From: Phallusia mammillata
Taxonomy: Eukaryota
Assembly: GCA_965637545.1 (NCBI GenBank)
Contig: OZ281495.1
Span: forward strand, 21,700,001 to 21,764,000
Reading direction: 5' to 3'
Length of the DNA: 64,000 bases
Shown in pieces: positions 19,650 through 34,600 of this stretch (positions within the stretch are counted from its first letter, which is position 1; every line of letters starts with the position of its first letter). A model generated the notes under the pieces. It was not told the origin of the DNA. It saw nothing but the letters and a program-made list of their open reading frames with translations, and did no database searches. The translations under genes were made by a program, and so were the position numbers.

Positions 19650-22600
19650 CTAAAAGTGTGTTTCGTCTGTGATTGTTCCCTGATAACTTTGCGATACGTC
19701 GTATGATTGGCTGTGCATCCTCATCTTACCACTGACGGTGGAGGAACCACGTGATATGACTGAGCGAATTGGATTCAACCAAGTTTTGCGCAGTTCGGGT
19801 GATCGAACAGATGTGAAAATAAATATCATCACTCCCTACAAGTGCAATCATATCATATTAGTGTTTTAAGACAATTTGTGCGGAAAATAATTTTAATTTC
19901 GGCAGGTTGTATAAAGTTGTATTTTTAAGTATTTTTAACGACAAGTATTTTTAAGACAACTAACATCAAGTACCTGCAAAGCGTTGAACATTGCAAAAAG
20001 CCAACTCATGATGCTGAAATAGATAGCGTCTTCCGAAATTAGCATGAGATATCCAAAGACCCACGTTACTCCCATCATGGCTGACATGCTCGCAGCAATA
20101 AGAAACATTTGTTTGTTGGTTCGCTTCATTGAGTTTGTTTGTGACTAAGGGGTTTACACATGTAAGCATATAGTTTACTATTTCTCTTTCTAAACGTACC
20201 TCGATATTTTTGCAGGAAATCTCACGCAAAACTGCAACGAAAACTGCTACGTTGAAAAGGAAAAGAATTCCCACGGGAAGAAGAAATGCGATGTTCAAAG
20301 AATGTCCGGTTAACCAGCACATATTATCAGCTCGATACGTTGTGTAAAAGATACTAGTGCCACCTACATAATTTATAACAGCTCATTAACGGCATAAAAT
20401 TAACAAAAATAGACCTCAAGAAACGACGTCAAAATATTAAATTCCATTTACCACTTTGAAGTTCAAACCACACACATTTTCTCAGCTATACGAACCTTCG
20501 TTACATAAGTTGGTCTCTGGTTGATGCTGCTGGTCGAAATGTCCCATAGTAATGACTAGAGTAAGGGAGACGATACACAATGGGGTGCCATATGAAAAAG
20601 CAGAAACGCGCTGCAAAAAAGCTCCTTTGTCTTGTCTGAACACCTGTAACAGAACGGGCATTTTGATACTGCTGTTATATGCAGTTTGTATTTAAAGAAC
20701 CAAATACAATCTTACTTTGACAACGGACATGTACATGTCGTAACTGTACACGGCCATCCAACACCAGGTGGTAAGCATGAAGTAATGTAGCAGTACAGCT
20801 ACCAGCGTACAAGCGTGGCCTGCTTCTGCACGGGAAACTCCGGTGACAAATATTAAGTAGACGATCAGTAGGTTGCAGCAAATGTTTATAAGGATTTTTG
20901 CAGGACGCCGCCGTCGCACGTCACTGCAAGAATATATCGTTAAAAATATCGTAAAATATATCAACTGTTGGGATGTTTTTTACCGGTTGAGGCAATGCAC
21001 GATGATGGTGAACGTTAGGCCAAGTATGGAAAGGATACAACCGACGTCACTGACAATGTCGAGTGCTACGTCACCAGGAACTGTGTTTGAATTCTGCTCA
21101 CAAACAAACGTTACATTTTGCAAAAAAAGTCTAAAGGTATGTTTTAATTGTTGGTGTTGCAGTAACCAGCTTTGTATTAAATCAACACAAGATCTTACAA
21201 CTAGCAAGGCGAAGTTTGTGAGATGATTACAACGACATTCGATTGGATCCGAAGATTCATCCAGGCAGCAACCACTAGTAGACCACTCACTTTGGTTAAA
21301 ATCCCAATGCACGCACTCCACTGTGGTTTTTAGAGACTAAAAGATTTCGAAGTTCAACTAGATGTTTGTACAAATGAAGGTACTACTTTTATCAGTCAGG
21401 AGCCATGCTTACCTTAAATGAGTCGTTTGATAATGGGGACTTTTTGTTTATGAAACTCGCTCCTGCGTGTTGAATTCTTACCGGATCCGCGAGATCATTA
21501 ACAGGACTTTCTTCTCCAAGCTCGGCAGAAATAACCTAAACCGTTACTTTTGTTTACAAAACTGCATCGACGTCAATGAAGACTTAGGCACATACTGATG
21601 TCACATTCTTTTCGGAGTAAAACAACGTCGATGTTTGGTAAAAAATAAAAGCAGTGCGAACAGATGCTGGTTGAGAATCGTTGCCGGATCTTTTTTGACG
21701 ACTCCGCATCACTTTCTTGGTTGCAGAAACTGGGATAATGATGACAGGGGGTTGGGATGTACCAGGATTTCCCGAAAGTTTTGGTCTGTACGTCACTGGA
21801 GCTTCGTTGTTTTCATCTATATCTTGTGCCTAAGTTCACAGTGTTATGTCAACCACAGTCGAAAAAACTGTGTAAAATATCTTAAAGCAATGTGTTTTGT
21901 GGTAGTTATGGACAATCAAATGTGTAGCCCTCGCGGGGCCTATTGTTACTTTCGTACCTCGCTTATAAATATTATTAGCGAAGTCCTTAAACCACAATAT
22001 ACCTGCATTGAAAGTGAATCGGTTGCATACGTAAAAGTTTCATTGGCTGAAACGAGATTCACTTGCAGGGCTAACGACGATATTGCTCTGACAACTTCAG
22101 TTTGTTGTCGCTGAAGTTCTAAAAAACCAGTTGAATTAAGGGAACCAGATTGCTGCGACTGGAAACCGTGCAGGAGATTGCTGGTGGTGGTTAACATCGA
22201 ACTAGCGATGCCAGATGTCACCTAAATAATCAGACATGGGTTTTGACTAATTTGTTTGCTTACTTACTTACTTACATCGGTATATTTTTCTGCCCTAATA
22301 AGTAAATATCTTACCTGTATGGTTCCCGCTAAGGCGGCTTGTTTCACATCTCGCATAAACTCCACGGCCTTCTTAGTCACAGCTGCAGTCAAAGTTTGCG
22401 GATTTGCTGTAATTTCTGTTAAAAAACTGCTGGCAGACTCCGTTCCCGCTGTGCTCGTGGTCGCATTTGCTAGAGTCTTAAACATGAACAAAGTTAAAAA
22501 ACGCGGATTAGTAAATAGTTCGCAGCAATTTTACCTTACTTAGCACCTCCTCACAAGTTGATGGATCTGTCAAGCATAAATTTTGAGAAATTGATTCACC

Positions 22601-25600
22601 TGCAAGAAAACCAGGTTTTGCATTACTGTTTGTTGTGTGTAAAGTAGGTGAAAAACACTTTGTATTGCAACTATTTGTAATTTGAGTTGTAAACCATTGT
22701 CTTACATTTTTCTCCATTCCACTGATATCCAATATTGCACATACATCTGTAAATGCCCTTAATGATTTCGCACCTTGAGTTATTTCCACAGTTCTTGCAC
22801 ACGTCGATGACTGTAACAATGCTTGCGTTATTAAAACACTTGCTAGACATGCAAATGGCACAGATTATTACGTGCGTTTAGCGCCAACTAGCGGCTACAC
22901 TAAAAGGAGCCAGTCACTCCAACGGGCAAAACAAACGAACATATGTATCAAATTGTGAAAACAGTTATAACTGTATGGCTGACTTAATCTAGTTCTTTTG
23001 CACCATTTTTTAAACAGTCCCATTTGAAATTTTGCGTTGTAACAAACCTGTACAATGAGTTCCATTACCAGCAAAACCAGTTTTGCAGTTGCAATTGTAG
23101 GAACCATCAGTATTGGTACAAGTTGCGTTAAAATTACATTCAGTTTTGTTGAATGTACATTCATTGATATCTGCAAACAATGGTTGATACTGGTGCAAAT
23201 CAGATAAATTATAAAAAAATGTATTTAATTTTTCGCAATAAAATATTTGTTACAGAAAACGGGTGTAGGCCTAGTATTCGAGTGATGACAAATAATTTTG
23301 ATTTTTACAAATATGTTGTTGAAGTTGTCCCAAACGTTGCTTTAATATAATATTGCGTTGCCTGAATTGTCACGAAATTACGGTCATTCTCCAATGAGTT
23401 CATATTACAATTTTTGCAATCTATTCACCTGTGCATTGTTGTCCGTTTCCACTAAACCCACTTTTACAGGTGCAGAAAAAAGAACCATCAGTATTGTTAC
23501 AAATTGCGTTGGAATGACATAAATTTATGTCGACTGTACATTCATTTATATCTGGAAAAAATGAATGTATCGGCACATGAAATACCGGTTTAGGATATTG
23601 ATTTTAAAAATGTATAAAATTATAAGTTTAGTCTATGCCACAAAACAAGAATATCTTACCCGTACAATGTTGACCATCTCCGCTGTAGCCGTTTTTGCAC
23701 TTGCACTTATATGAACCAGCGGAATTGTTGCATATTGCGAGATTGTGACAATTATCATTCCCCATCCTACATTCATCAACATCTGTAACGTTTAATACAT
23801 GTGTTTGCATTTGAGAGAGATATTAAACGGATTGCATTTAATTCCCTTTCAATTCAAGCCAACTTTGCATTTAATTCAGATGAATATAAATTCATAACTG
23901 GGACCCTGAAGCATCTATGCAAACTTTTTTTAGTAAGAAATTCATTTAAGAGACCCCTGAATATTCATCAGCCGTAGTGGATACTGTTTTTTTACGTAGG
24001 CATGCAAGTTCAGACTTAATCACAGGTATGAGTGAGATTTCAGAAAAGCTTTTATCAGAAAGTTATACAAGTGTTTTTGTCTTTCTACCGATACTTTTAA
24101 TATAAACAAGCATGATACGAATTATAAACATTCAGAACCTTCGCATAAGTTCCCATTATTTTTGTATCCAGAATGGCATTCGCATTTGTAACTGCCCCTG
24201 GTGTTATTGCAATCACTATTGTTCCCACAGTTGGTTGAGTTTAGAGTGCACTCATCGATATCTACGAAAAATAAACAAATAGGTAACTATGAAACGTAAA
24301 TGACCCATTAAGGTTATGTAGCATAACTATATCGGTCAAAGAAAATGAGTCACTAGGGTGATACATTTTCGACTAAGTCGCCATGAATGGATAATTACTT
24401 AAAACAACTGCAATATGACGAGTATTGCCAAAATACATCAAAGTAGAGTCAGACATTTAATAAACGATAAAATCTTTTTCGGTATGAATGCTGGTAGTTT
24501 GTCAGTTTAATAGAAATCTTTTAAAATTGCTTTGCCTTCTATTTAATCTGCCCACCTGTGCATTCTGTTCCGTTGCCTTGAAACCCATCTTTGCAAGTAC
24601 ATATGTGTGCGCCAAAAGTGTTATCACATTTTGCGTTGGAGTGACATGGACTACTCGAGCATTCGTTAACATCTGTAAAGCAGATTAATGGTATTTACAA
24701 GCAAAAAAGTCGTTTTTTGAGAGGTTATAAGGGCTTACTTTTTATCTATGAAAAAAAAGCATGTTATTGCTTCTAACTTTGAACACTGCATCTATACTAC
24801 GCTACAACATGCAGTATAATGTAGCCTTCATCCTTAACAAGCATGACCAGAAAAATAATGATGCTTAAAATATTTTTGTCAGGATTTGTTGGGTACATTG
24901 TTCTAAATTGAACAAGTATTTGTAAGGTAAACAGTTGTTTTAATTAGTGTCTACTCAACTTATGTTCTACACCCCCAAACCACCCAAGTTGTTTTGTTTT
25001 GATGCAAGTTGTTTTGCAACAATAACGTTTAAATAAAGGAAACCGATTCTTTGCCGATTTCAAAATCTCACAGCAAATCATAAACGTATTATTATAACCC
25101 ATTTCCAATGGTTAATTATCTACGCCAGTACTTTTAGCGCCAGAACTTTTGACAATAATTTTAGCGAGCCCGAGCTTAAAAAAATCGGACTCGAAAGATT
25201 TACTTAAACGAAATTACAACACAAATTTTGCCAGGTGTGATGTCGCTGTTGACAATACGTGAAGAAATTTAAGAAGATGAAAAGATTGAGTTGTTTTTAA
25301 ATAAAAGTTTGTTTACTGTTGCAGTGCACTTCATTTACAGGAGACGCCTACAAAACTTTTTCCTAATGCGTAACCAAACTTTTCGAGTTGATAAAAACCC
25401 TCACACGTTTAAATGATATACTTACCCTCACAAGTATAAATGACATAATGGTCCTGATCATTACGTTTACTTTTTTCGAATCCATTTGAACAGTTGCACT
25501 GAAAACTGCCATTGTAGTTGATGCACGTTGGCGTTATCGTTACGTTGTTCTTGTATAGGCAATAACCTCCCACTTTACATTCGTCAATGTCTAAAAACAC

Positions 25601-28600
25601 ACAGTTGGGTCGTATTTGCCATGCCCTTTCTCCGCCAGTGCACGTTTGCCTCTTCCTTATTCTTAACACGACATGTTCACCTTTTTCAATTTACTTTTTC
25701 AAATTTTAACCTTATTTAAATCAAGTTTTAATATCTGCAACATTCGGTACGCGTTGCGTTAAAGCAGGGGTCGGCAACCTTTTTCGCACTGCGGACCGTT
25801 TTTGAAACTAAAATTTTATCGCGGACCGGTCTTAAAAAAATACAAATAATTAGCAATAAAAAAGCTTAAATTAGTTTATCAGCCTTGGAATACATAGGCA
25901 AAGCATTTAATCTGAAAAATTATACGGCCCGGTAACGAACTCCTCGCGGACCTGTACCGGGCCGCGGACCAGCGGTTGCCGACCACTGCGTTAAAGCATT
26001 GTGTCATATCTGCTTTCGAAACAAAGATACAAACAGCTAAGCATATTTCCATAATAGTAATCTTTTCTTAACTCTATGGTGATAAGTTTTGTTTTGTTTT
26101 GTCAACGTTTATAAGTAATATGTGCATTCATCTGTTGGATCATTCTCCAATGAGTTCATCATATTACATTTTTTGGAATCTATTCACCTGTGCATTGTTG
26201 TCCGTTTCCACTAAACCCACTTTTACAGGTGCAGAAAAAAGAACCATCAGTATTGTTACAAATTGCGTTGGAATGACATAAATTTATGTCGACTGTACAT
26301 TCATTTATATCTGGAAAAAATGAATGTATCGACACATGAAATACCGGTTTAGGATATTGATTTTGAAAATGTATAAAATTATAAGTTTAGTCTATGCCAC
26401 AAAACAAGAATATCTTACCCGTACAATGTTGACCATCTCCGCTGTAGCCGTTTTTGCACTTGCACTTATATGAACCAGCGGAATTGTTGCATATTGCGAG
26501 ATTGTGACAATTATCATTCCCCATCCTACATTCATCAACATCTGTAACGTTTAATACATGTGTTTGCATTTGAGAGAGATATTAAACGGATTGCATTTAA
26601 TTCCCTTTCAATTCAAGCCAACTTTGCATTTAATTCAGATGAATATAAATTCATAACTGGGACCCTGAAGCATCTATGCAAACGTTTTTTAGTAAGAATT
26701 TCATTTAAGAGACCCCTGAATATTCATCAGCCGTAGTGGATACTGTTTTTTTTACGTAGTCATGCAAGTTCAGACTTAATCACAGGTATGAGTGAGATTT
26801 CAGAAAAGCTTTTATCAGAAAGTTATACAAGTGTTTTTGTCTTTCTACCGATACTTTTAATATAAACAAGCATGATACGAATTATAAACATTCAGAACCT
26901 TCGCATAAGTTCCCATTATTTTTGTATCCAGAATGACATTCGCATTTGTAACTGCCCCTGGTGTTATTGCAATCACTATTGTTCCCACAGTTGGTTGAGT
27001 TTAGAGTGCACTCATCGATATCTACGAAAAATAAACAAATAGGTAACTATGAAACGTAAATGACCCATTAAGGTTATGTAGCATAACTATATCGGTCAAA
27101 GAAAATGAGTCACTAGGGTGATACATTTTCGACTAAGTCGCCATGAATGGATAATTACTTAAAACAACTGCAATATGACGAGTATTGCCAAAATACATCA
27201 AAGTAGAGTCAGACATTTAATAAACGATAAAATCTTTTTCGGTATGAATGCTGGTAGTTTGTCAGTTTAATAGAAATCTTTTAAAATTGCTTTGCCTTCT
27301 ATTTAATCTGCCCACCTGTGCATTCTGTTCCGTTGCCTTGAAACCCATCTTTGCAAGTACATATGTGTGCGCCAAAAGTGTTATCACATTTTGCGTTGGA
27401 GTGACATGGACTACTCGAGCATTCGTTAACATCTGTAAAGCAGATTAATGGTATTTACAAGCAAAAAAGTCGTTTTTTGAGAGGTTATAAGGGCTTACTT
27501 TTTATCTATGAAAAAAAAGCATGTTATTGCTTCTAACTTTGAACACTGCATCTATACTACGCTACAACATGCAGTATAATGTAGCCTTCATCCTTAACAA
27601 GCATGACCAGAAAAATAATGATGCTTAAAATATTTTTGTCAGGATTTGTTGGGTACATTGTTCTAAATTGAACAAGTATTTGTAAGGTAAACAGTTGTTT
27701 TAATTAGTGTCTACTCAACTTATGTTCTACACCCCCAAACCACCCAAGTTGTTTTGTTTTGATGCAAGTTGTTTTGCAACAATAACGTTTAAATAAAGGA
27801 AACCGATTCTTTGCCGATTTCAAAATCTCACAGCAAATCATAAACGTATTATTATAACCCATTTCCAATGGTTAATTATCTACGCCAGTGCTTTTAGCGC
27901 CAGAACTTTTGACAATAATTTTAGCGAGCCCGAGCTTAAAAAAATCGGACTCGAAAGATTTACTTAAACGAAATTACAACACAAATTTTGCCAGGTGTGA
28001 TGTCGCTGTTGACAATACGTGAAGAAATTTAAGAAGATGAAAAGATTGAGTTGTTTTTAAATAAAAGTTTGTTTACTGTTGCAGTGCACTTCATTTACAG
28101 GAGACGCCTACAAAACTTTTTCCTAATGCGTAACCAAACTTTTCGAGTTGATAAAAACCCTCACACGTTTAAATGATATACTTACCCTCACAAGTATAAA
28201 TGACATAATGGTCCTGATCATTACGTTTACTTTTTTCGAATCCATTTGAACAGTTGCACTGAAAACTGCCATTGTAGTTGATGCACGTTGGCGTTATCGT
28301 TACGTTGTTCTTGTATAGGCAATAACCTCCCACTTTACATTCGTCAATGTCTAAAAACACACAGTTGGGTCGTATTTGCCATGCCCTTTCTCCGCCAGTG
28401 CACGTTTGCCTCTTCCTTATTCTTATCACGACATGTTCACCTTTTTCAATTTACTTTTTCAAATTTTAACCTTATTTAAATCAAGTTTTAATATCTGCAA
28501 CATTCGGTACGCGTTGCGTTAAAGCAGGGGTCGGCAACCTTTTTCGCACTGCGGACCGTTTTTGAAACTAAAATTTTATCGCGGACCGGTCTTAAAAAAA

Positions 28601-31600
28601 TACAAATAATTAGCAATAAAAAAGCTTAAATTAGTTTATCAGCCTTGGAATACATAGGCAAAGCATTTAACCTGAAAAATTATACGGCCCGGTAACGAAC
28701 TCCTCGCGGACCGGCGGTTGCCGACCACTGCGTTAAAGCATTGTGTCATATCTGCTTTCGAAACAAAGATACAAACAGCTAAGCATATTTCCATAATAGT
28801 AATCTTTTCTTAACTCTATGGTGATAAGTTTTGTTTTGTTTTGTCAACGTTTATAAGTAATATGTGCATTCATCTGTTGGATCATTCTCCAATGAGTTCA
28901 TCATATTACATTTTTTGGAATCTATTTACCTGTGCATTGTTGTCCGTTTCCACTAAAACCAATTTTGCAGGTGCAGAAAAAAGAACCATCAGTATTGTTA
29001 CCACTAGCGTATTTAGGGGGGGGGGGGGGGACAAGGTGCCATGCCCCCCCCCTCAAGAAATTTTGACCGGCTGTTTTAGTATTAAATCTTGTCCAACTGC
29101 GCGTATGACGTTACAATGGGTTTTTATAATAGCTTTGTTACGTCACACTCATACAAGTGAAGATAATTCACAATATGATTAAGACGCAACCACTGTTAGA
29201 AACAACTGTGCCGAGTGTTAAAAAGTGTTACATGAACACGATCGAATCGTGACTATAACGTTCGTTACTTACAGCAAGAGTAAGGGCTTCTCAGGGCCTT
29301 AGGCTAACCAGCATTTAGTTGATATTGCGAGTTTAGTGGGCACAACAGGTGCTAACAGAGAGGTCTACACAGTCTACCGCAAGGTGGCGCACTTGTCACC
29401 GCAAGGTGGCGTACTTGTCACCGCAAGGTGGCGCAATATATTTTATATTGTTGCCCCCCCCCCCCTAAAAACGATCCGAGATACGCCACTGATTGTTACA
29501 AGTTGCATTGGGATGACATAAATTTACGTTCACTGTACATTCATTTATATCTGGAAAAATGTTTGTGTTGGCGCATGAAATACCGGTTTAGGATATTGAT
29601 TTTGAAACAACAGATAATTGTAGGATAAAATTTTAAAATTATAGTCTATCCCACAAAACAAGAATATCTTACCCGTACAATGTTGACCATCTCCGCTGTA
29701 GCCGTTTTTGCACTTGCACTTATATGAACCAGCGAAATTATTGCATAATGCGAGATTGTGACAATTATCAATCCCCATCTTGCATTCATCAATATCTGTA
29801 ACATTTAGTACATATGGTTGCAGTTGAAAAATATATATTAAACGGATCGTATTTCATTCCTTTTAAATTCAAGCCAACTGTGCAGTTAGTTAAGATGAAC
29901 ATAAATTCATAGCTGTAATAAACCCTGAAGCGTCTATATACAGACCTTTGCAGTAAGGTTTACATTTCAGAGAGCCCTGAATATTGTTCAAACGTAGTCT
30001 GTACTGTCTTTTTTACGTAGACATGCAAGTTCAGACTTAATCACAGGTTTGACTGAGATTTCAGAAAATCTTTTTGTCAAAAGTTATACGTACCAGTGCT
30101 TTTTTTTCTTTCCACTGATATTTGTAATATTAAACTAACATATTACGAACTACAAACATTAAGAACCTTCGCAAACATTAAGAACAAACATTAAGTTCCC
30201 ATTCTTTTTGTATCCAGAATGACAATCGCATTTGTAACTGCCCCTGGTGTTCTGACAGTCACTATTGTTCCCACAGTTGGTTGAGTTTAGAGTGCATTCA
30301 TCAATATCTACGAAAAATAAACAAATAGGTAACTATGAAACATAAATGACCCATTAAGGTTATGTAGCATAACTATATCGGTCAAAGAAAATGAGTCACT
30401 AGGGTGACACATTTTCGACGAAGTCGCCATGAATGGATTATTTTTTAAAACAACTGCAATATGACGAGTATTGCCAAAATACATCAAAGTAGAGTCAGAC
30501 ATTTAATAAACGATAAAATCTTTTTCGGTATGAATGCTGGTAGTTTGTCAGTTTAATAGAAATCTTTTAAAATTGCTTTGCCTTCTATTTAATCTGCCCA
30601 CCTGTGCATTCTGTTCCGTTGCCTTGAAACCCATCTTTGCAAGTACATCTGTGTGCGCCAAAAGTGTTATCACATTTTGCGTTGGAGTGACATGGACTAC
30701 TCGAGCATTCGTTAACATCTGTAAAGCAGATTAATGGTATTTACAAGCAAAAAAGTCGTTTTTTGAGAAGTTGTAAGGGCGTCCATTTTGGGCTTACTTT
30801 TTGTCTATTAAATATTTCTCGCAAAGCATGTTATTGCTTCTAACTTTGAACACTGCATACTACGCTACAACATGCAGTATAATGTAGCCTTCATCCTTAA
30901 TAAGCATGACCAGAAAAATAATGATGCTTAAAATATTATTTTCAGGATTTGTTGGGTAAATTGTTCTAAATTGAACAAGTATTTGTAAGGTAAACAGTTG
31001 TTTTATTAGTGTCTACTCAACTTATGTTCTACACCCCCCAAACCACCCAAGTTGTTTTGTTTTGATGCAAGTTGTTTTGCAACAATAACGTTTAAATAAA
31101 GGAAACCGATTCTTTGCCGATTTCTTAAAATCTGACAGCAAATCATAAACGTATTATTATAACCCATTTCCAATGGTGTATTACCAACGCCAGTAGTTTT
31201 AGCGCCAGTACTTTTGACAATACTTTTAGCGGGCCCGAACTTTACCTAAACGTCTCGAAAGATTTACCAAAACGAAATTACAACAAATATTTTGTCTGGT
31301 GTGAAGTCAGGTCTGAAAATCCCGGCACGACTATCAGCTCGCTATTGACATTGCGTGAAGCATTTTAATGTGACGAAGAGAATGCGTAACCTACTTTTCC
31401 AAGTTGATAAAAAGGCGAAACAGCGCTTACCCTCACAAGTATAAATGACGTAATGGTCCTGATCATTACGTTTACTCCTTTCGAATCCACTTGAACAGTT
31501 GCACTGAAAACTGCCATTGGAGTTGATACACGTTGGCTTTATCGTTGCGTTGTTCTTGTAAAGGCAATAACCATCAACTTTACATTCGTCAATGTCTAAA

Positions 31601-34600
31601 AATACACAGTTGTTTGCTTTATTAACTTCGCGAAACTTGTGGGCGCTAAGTTGACATGCCCTTTCTGCCTAATGCCCTATCCCAGTGGTTCTTAACCTTT
31701 TTGTAGTCACGGACCCCTTTTATGAATTTTGTAAGTCTGCGGACCCCCAACGCAATTTACCGTAAGTCTTTTTGTGTTTCACATTTCTTGCATTATCCCT
31801 GTCATGCTTTAGAAGCATTTAAATCCGCCCTCGCAGTCCTTTAAAATCAATGACGTTTCTGTATTTTAGTGGCCAACGCATCAAATTGATAATATTTCTG
31901 GTATATATAACTTCACAAATCACTTGTCCTATAAAGTCTATTGTCCATGTGTGTTATGATGTCACAATAGCGAAAACAATTACAAAAGTATATGTTCTTG
32001 GCCCAATTAAGGTGCGATGAACAGCGTGCACTCGTATGCAGGATTGTAAAAACGGTTAAGAAACTTAAAAATATTCTTCTGTTGGTTAATGATACTTAAC
32101 ATATTTCCCTCCGTGGACCCCTGAAACCATCTCACGGACCCCTTGGGGGTCCGCGAACCCCAGGTTAAGAACCACTGCCCTATCCGGTACGCGTTTACCT
32201 TTCCCTTATTCTTGACACGACATGTTTACCTTTTTTAATTACTTTTTACATTTTACCTTATCCAAATCAAGTTTTATTAAGTTTTATATATATATATACA
32301 TACATATGTACAAATTTTGATTCTAGTGAGCTGGGAAGACCTGTAATCCTATATTACATATTTCTATACCTAGGTAGGTAAAAGCGAGAATTTTAATGGC
32401 AGCTATACGAAAATGTTAGAAATGTTTTTTTAACTAGGTGAACTGTTATGAATACTACTTTGGACAAAAAATTTACTCGACACCTGAAAGTGTAATTTGT
32501 GTTTCGCAAGCTATTTTATTTAGATTCGCACAAACAAAGAAAAAAATATTTTTCTTACCCGTGCAGTTGTCAGCATCTCCGATGTATCCGTCTTTACAGA
32601 CACACGTATATGAGCCATGGATGTTAACGCAATTTGCTAGGCTGTGGCAAGAATAGTTTCCAATTTCACATTCGTCGATATCTGTAATATTCAGTATTGT
32701 GTGGTTTTGATACGGTTGTAAAGCTTGCTTTCGGAACAAAACTAAAATAGTTTTCTATCAGCAATGCTCTTGACAGTTTTGGTTTAGTTTCATTTCTTTA
32801 ACTTTAGCCCCTTAAAGACAAAATAAATTTTGCTTTCTTCAGTGAATACAGCCGCTTTTTCATCTTTTGACCGTGTGCTAAAAAACGGACACAACGAAAG
32901 TTTTCTACATTAAAAAAATAGACTAGATATAAAAGAAACCTAAACATTGTTATGTTGCAATAAAAGGATGTGTGAAATATAAAGGATACTGATATCGAAC
33001 TAAAACCTTTGCATTTAACTTTTCCGTTTTCTTCTGTTGTTTCATATCCACCTGGACAAGTGCAGTTGAAGCTGCCAATTAAATTATTGCACGATGGTCT
33101 GTTACCAGTTTCGGGTAAAAAGATGCAAAATTGCTTCAAATGACTGCACTCGTTGCGATCTTCAACAAGCAAAACGCATTTTTTACACGTTAAAGACTTT
33201 TTCATGTTATCGTTTATACCCAGGCATTCATGTTTGTTGTAATTCCAAAAAAATCCGGAAGGACATTTGCAAACATAACGTCCAATCCTATTTCTACACT
33301 TTACATCTGTTTGGTTGTAGTATTGCCCATATTGTGCATTCTCCGATACGTTACACGGCAACCCCAAACACTCATCGATGTCTACATAAGAAATTTTTTA
33401 AGTTATGCGAGCTGCGATTGAATTTTTTCTTATGCATTTTGTAACTGCAAATTTCCTTCTCAACACTTAAAGCTGCTACAATGAGCCGTTACGTCAAAAA
33501 TCAATGAAAAATTGCGAAACAAATTCCCTAATAACATTAGCATTATATGTCTGTTAATGGCAAGCTTGAGTGATATAGGCGCAGAAAAGTACTTACCCTT
33601 GCATTTGTATTTCCCCCCACTTTCATTAACTAAATTATATCCGCCAAGACAGTCACATTTAAAGCCACCTGCAGTGTTTAAACATTCACTCGAAGCTTGT
33701 GCTTGATGTGAATAATCGCAATATCCACTCTTGCATTCATCAATATCTGTTGCAAGAGATGTAATTTGCTGCTTGAGACAATTTGTTAGCTTTCTGCAAA
33801 CACGTACCTTCACAATATCCCATAGTACCATTCCAGAAATAGCCATTTGGACACTGACAATTGTAGTTTCGAATGGCATTCAAGCCGTTAGGTGGCGTTA
33901 TGTTTTGGTACATATCACTATCATCTGTCCAATTACATGATAAAGCAAGACAATCATCGATATCTAAACGTTTTTGGTTTGAAATTAAGTTTGACCAACA
34001 ACTAGCTATTAACTAATAATAATAATCTAATATTTAAGTTTTTCGAACTTAAGGGCGCCTAAAAGGCTGGCATTCTGGGAGTAAAACGCTAAAGGCTAAA
34101 ATTTAAAACCTTATTAAACTCAAAATTGTCGAGACTTTTAACCCAATCGGCGAAAAAAATTATTTCGTTAAAATGGCCAATTGCTTTCTGCTTGGTAATT
34201 TGCAATTTTAAACGCCATATTTAAGAAATTGAATTGGCTCATCACTTACCTTCACAGTGAGTGCTATTGGCTAAGTTCTCCGATTCACAATGGCATTGGA
34301 ACTCAAGGCAAGTGTTGTTGGGTGTACATTCCAAATCATATTCTTAACAAACAGTAAGGCGTTATCTAAATCTATTGAATATCAACCTACGCATAAAGTA
34401 ACGTTTATGCAACCTACCTGTACTCACGATGTGTTGCCACGGAAGGGTAACCTCATACGTCCATGAGGATCTGATTCCTTGTGCAATCAAATTAAACTCA
34501 ACAAAATGTATGTCGTATCCAAACATTTCCAGCGTTACGTTGTATTGATATGTCCCATTACTGCCAGCAGTTGCATTTCTTGGCTCATTGCAAAAATGCT

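Larger units (their letters stand above)
23430..28950. repeat. Near-identical ~2.76-kb tandem duplication (2 copies), each with five EGF exons; a third, more diverged copy spans ~28930-32280
   Basis: Line-by-line identity at offset ~2759-2760, with only scattered substitutions and an 18-bp indel in the shared MITE. The ORF track shows duplicated peptides (e.g. 23628/26387, 25409/28169). Confidence 0.95.

Noticed and set aside
22600-22861. 117-aa ORF (22508-22861) suggesting an extra domain before GAIN in gene C
   Set aside because: A strong acceptor at 22600-22602 gives a short hinge exon (22535-22599) matching those of B and D; the upstream part is intron read-through.
29375-29436. Short palindromic direct repeats as a CRISPR array
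   Set aside because: No unique spacers, only about 3 units, inside a eukaryotic transposon, and no cas genes.
31460-31490. RSKR furin-like motif in an EGF loop of the oldest cassette copy
   Set aside because: The two younger copies have KSKR, and the motif lies in a disulfide-bound loop; not conserved enough to claim.
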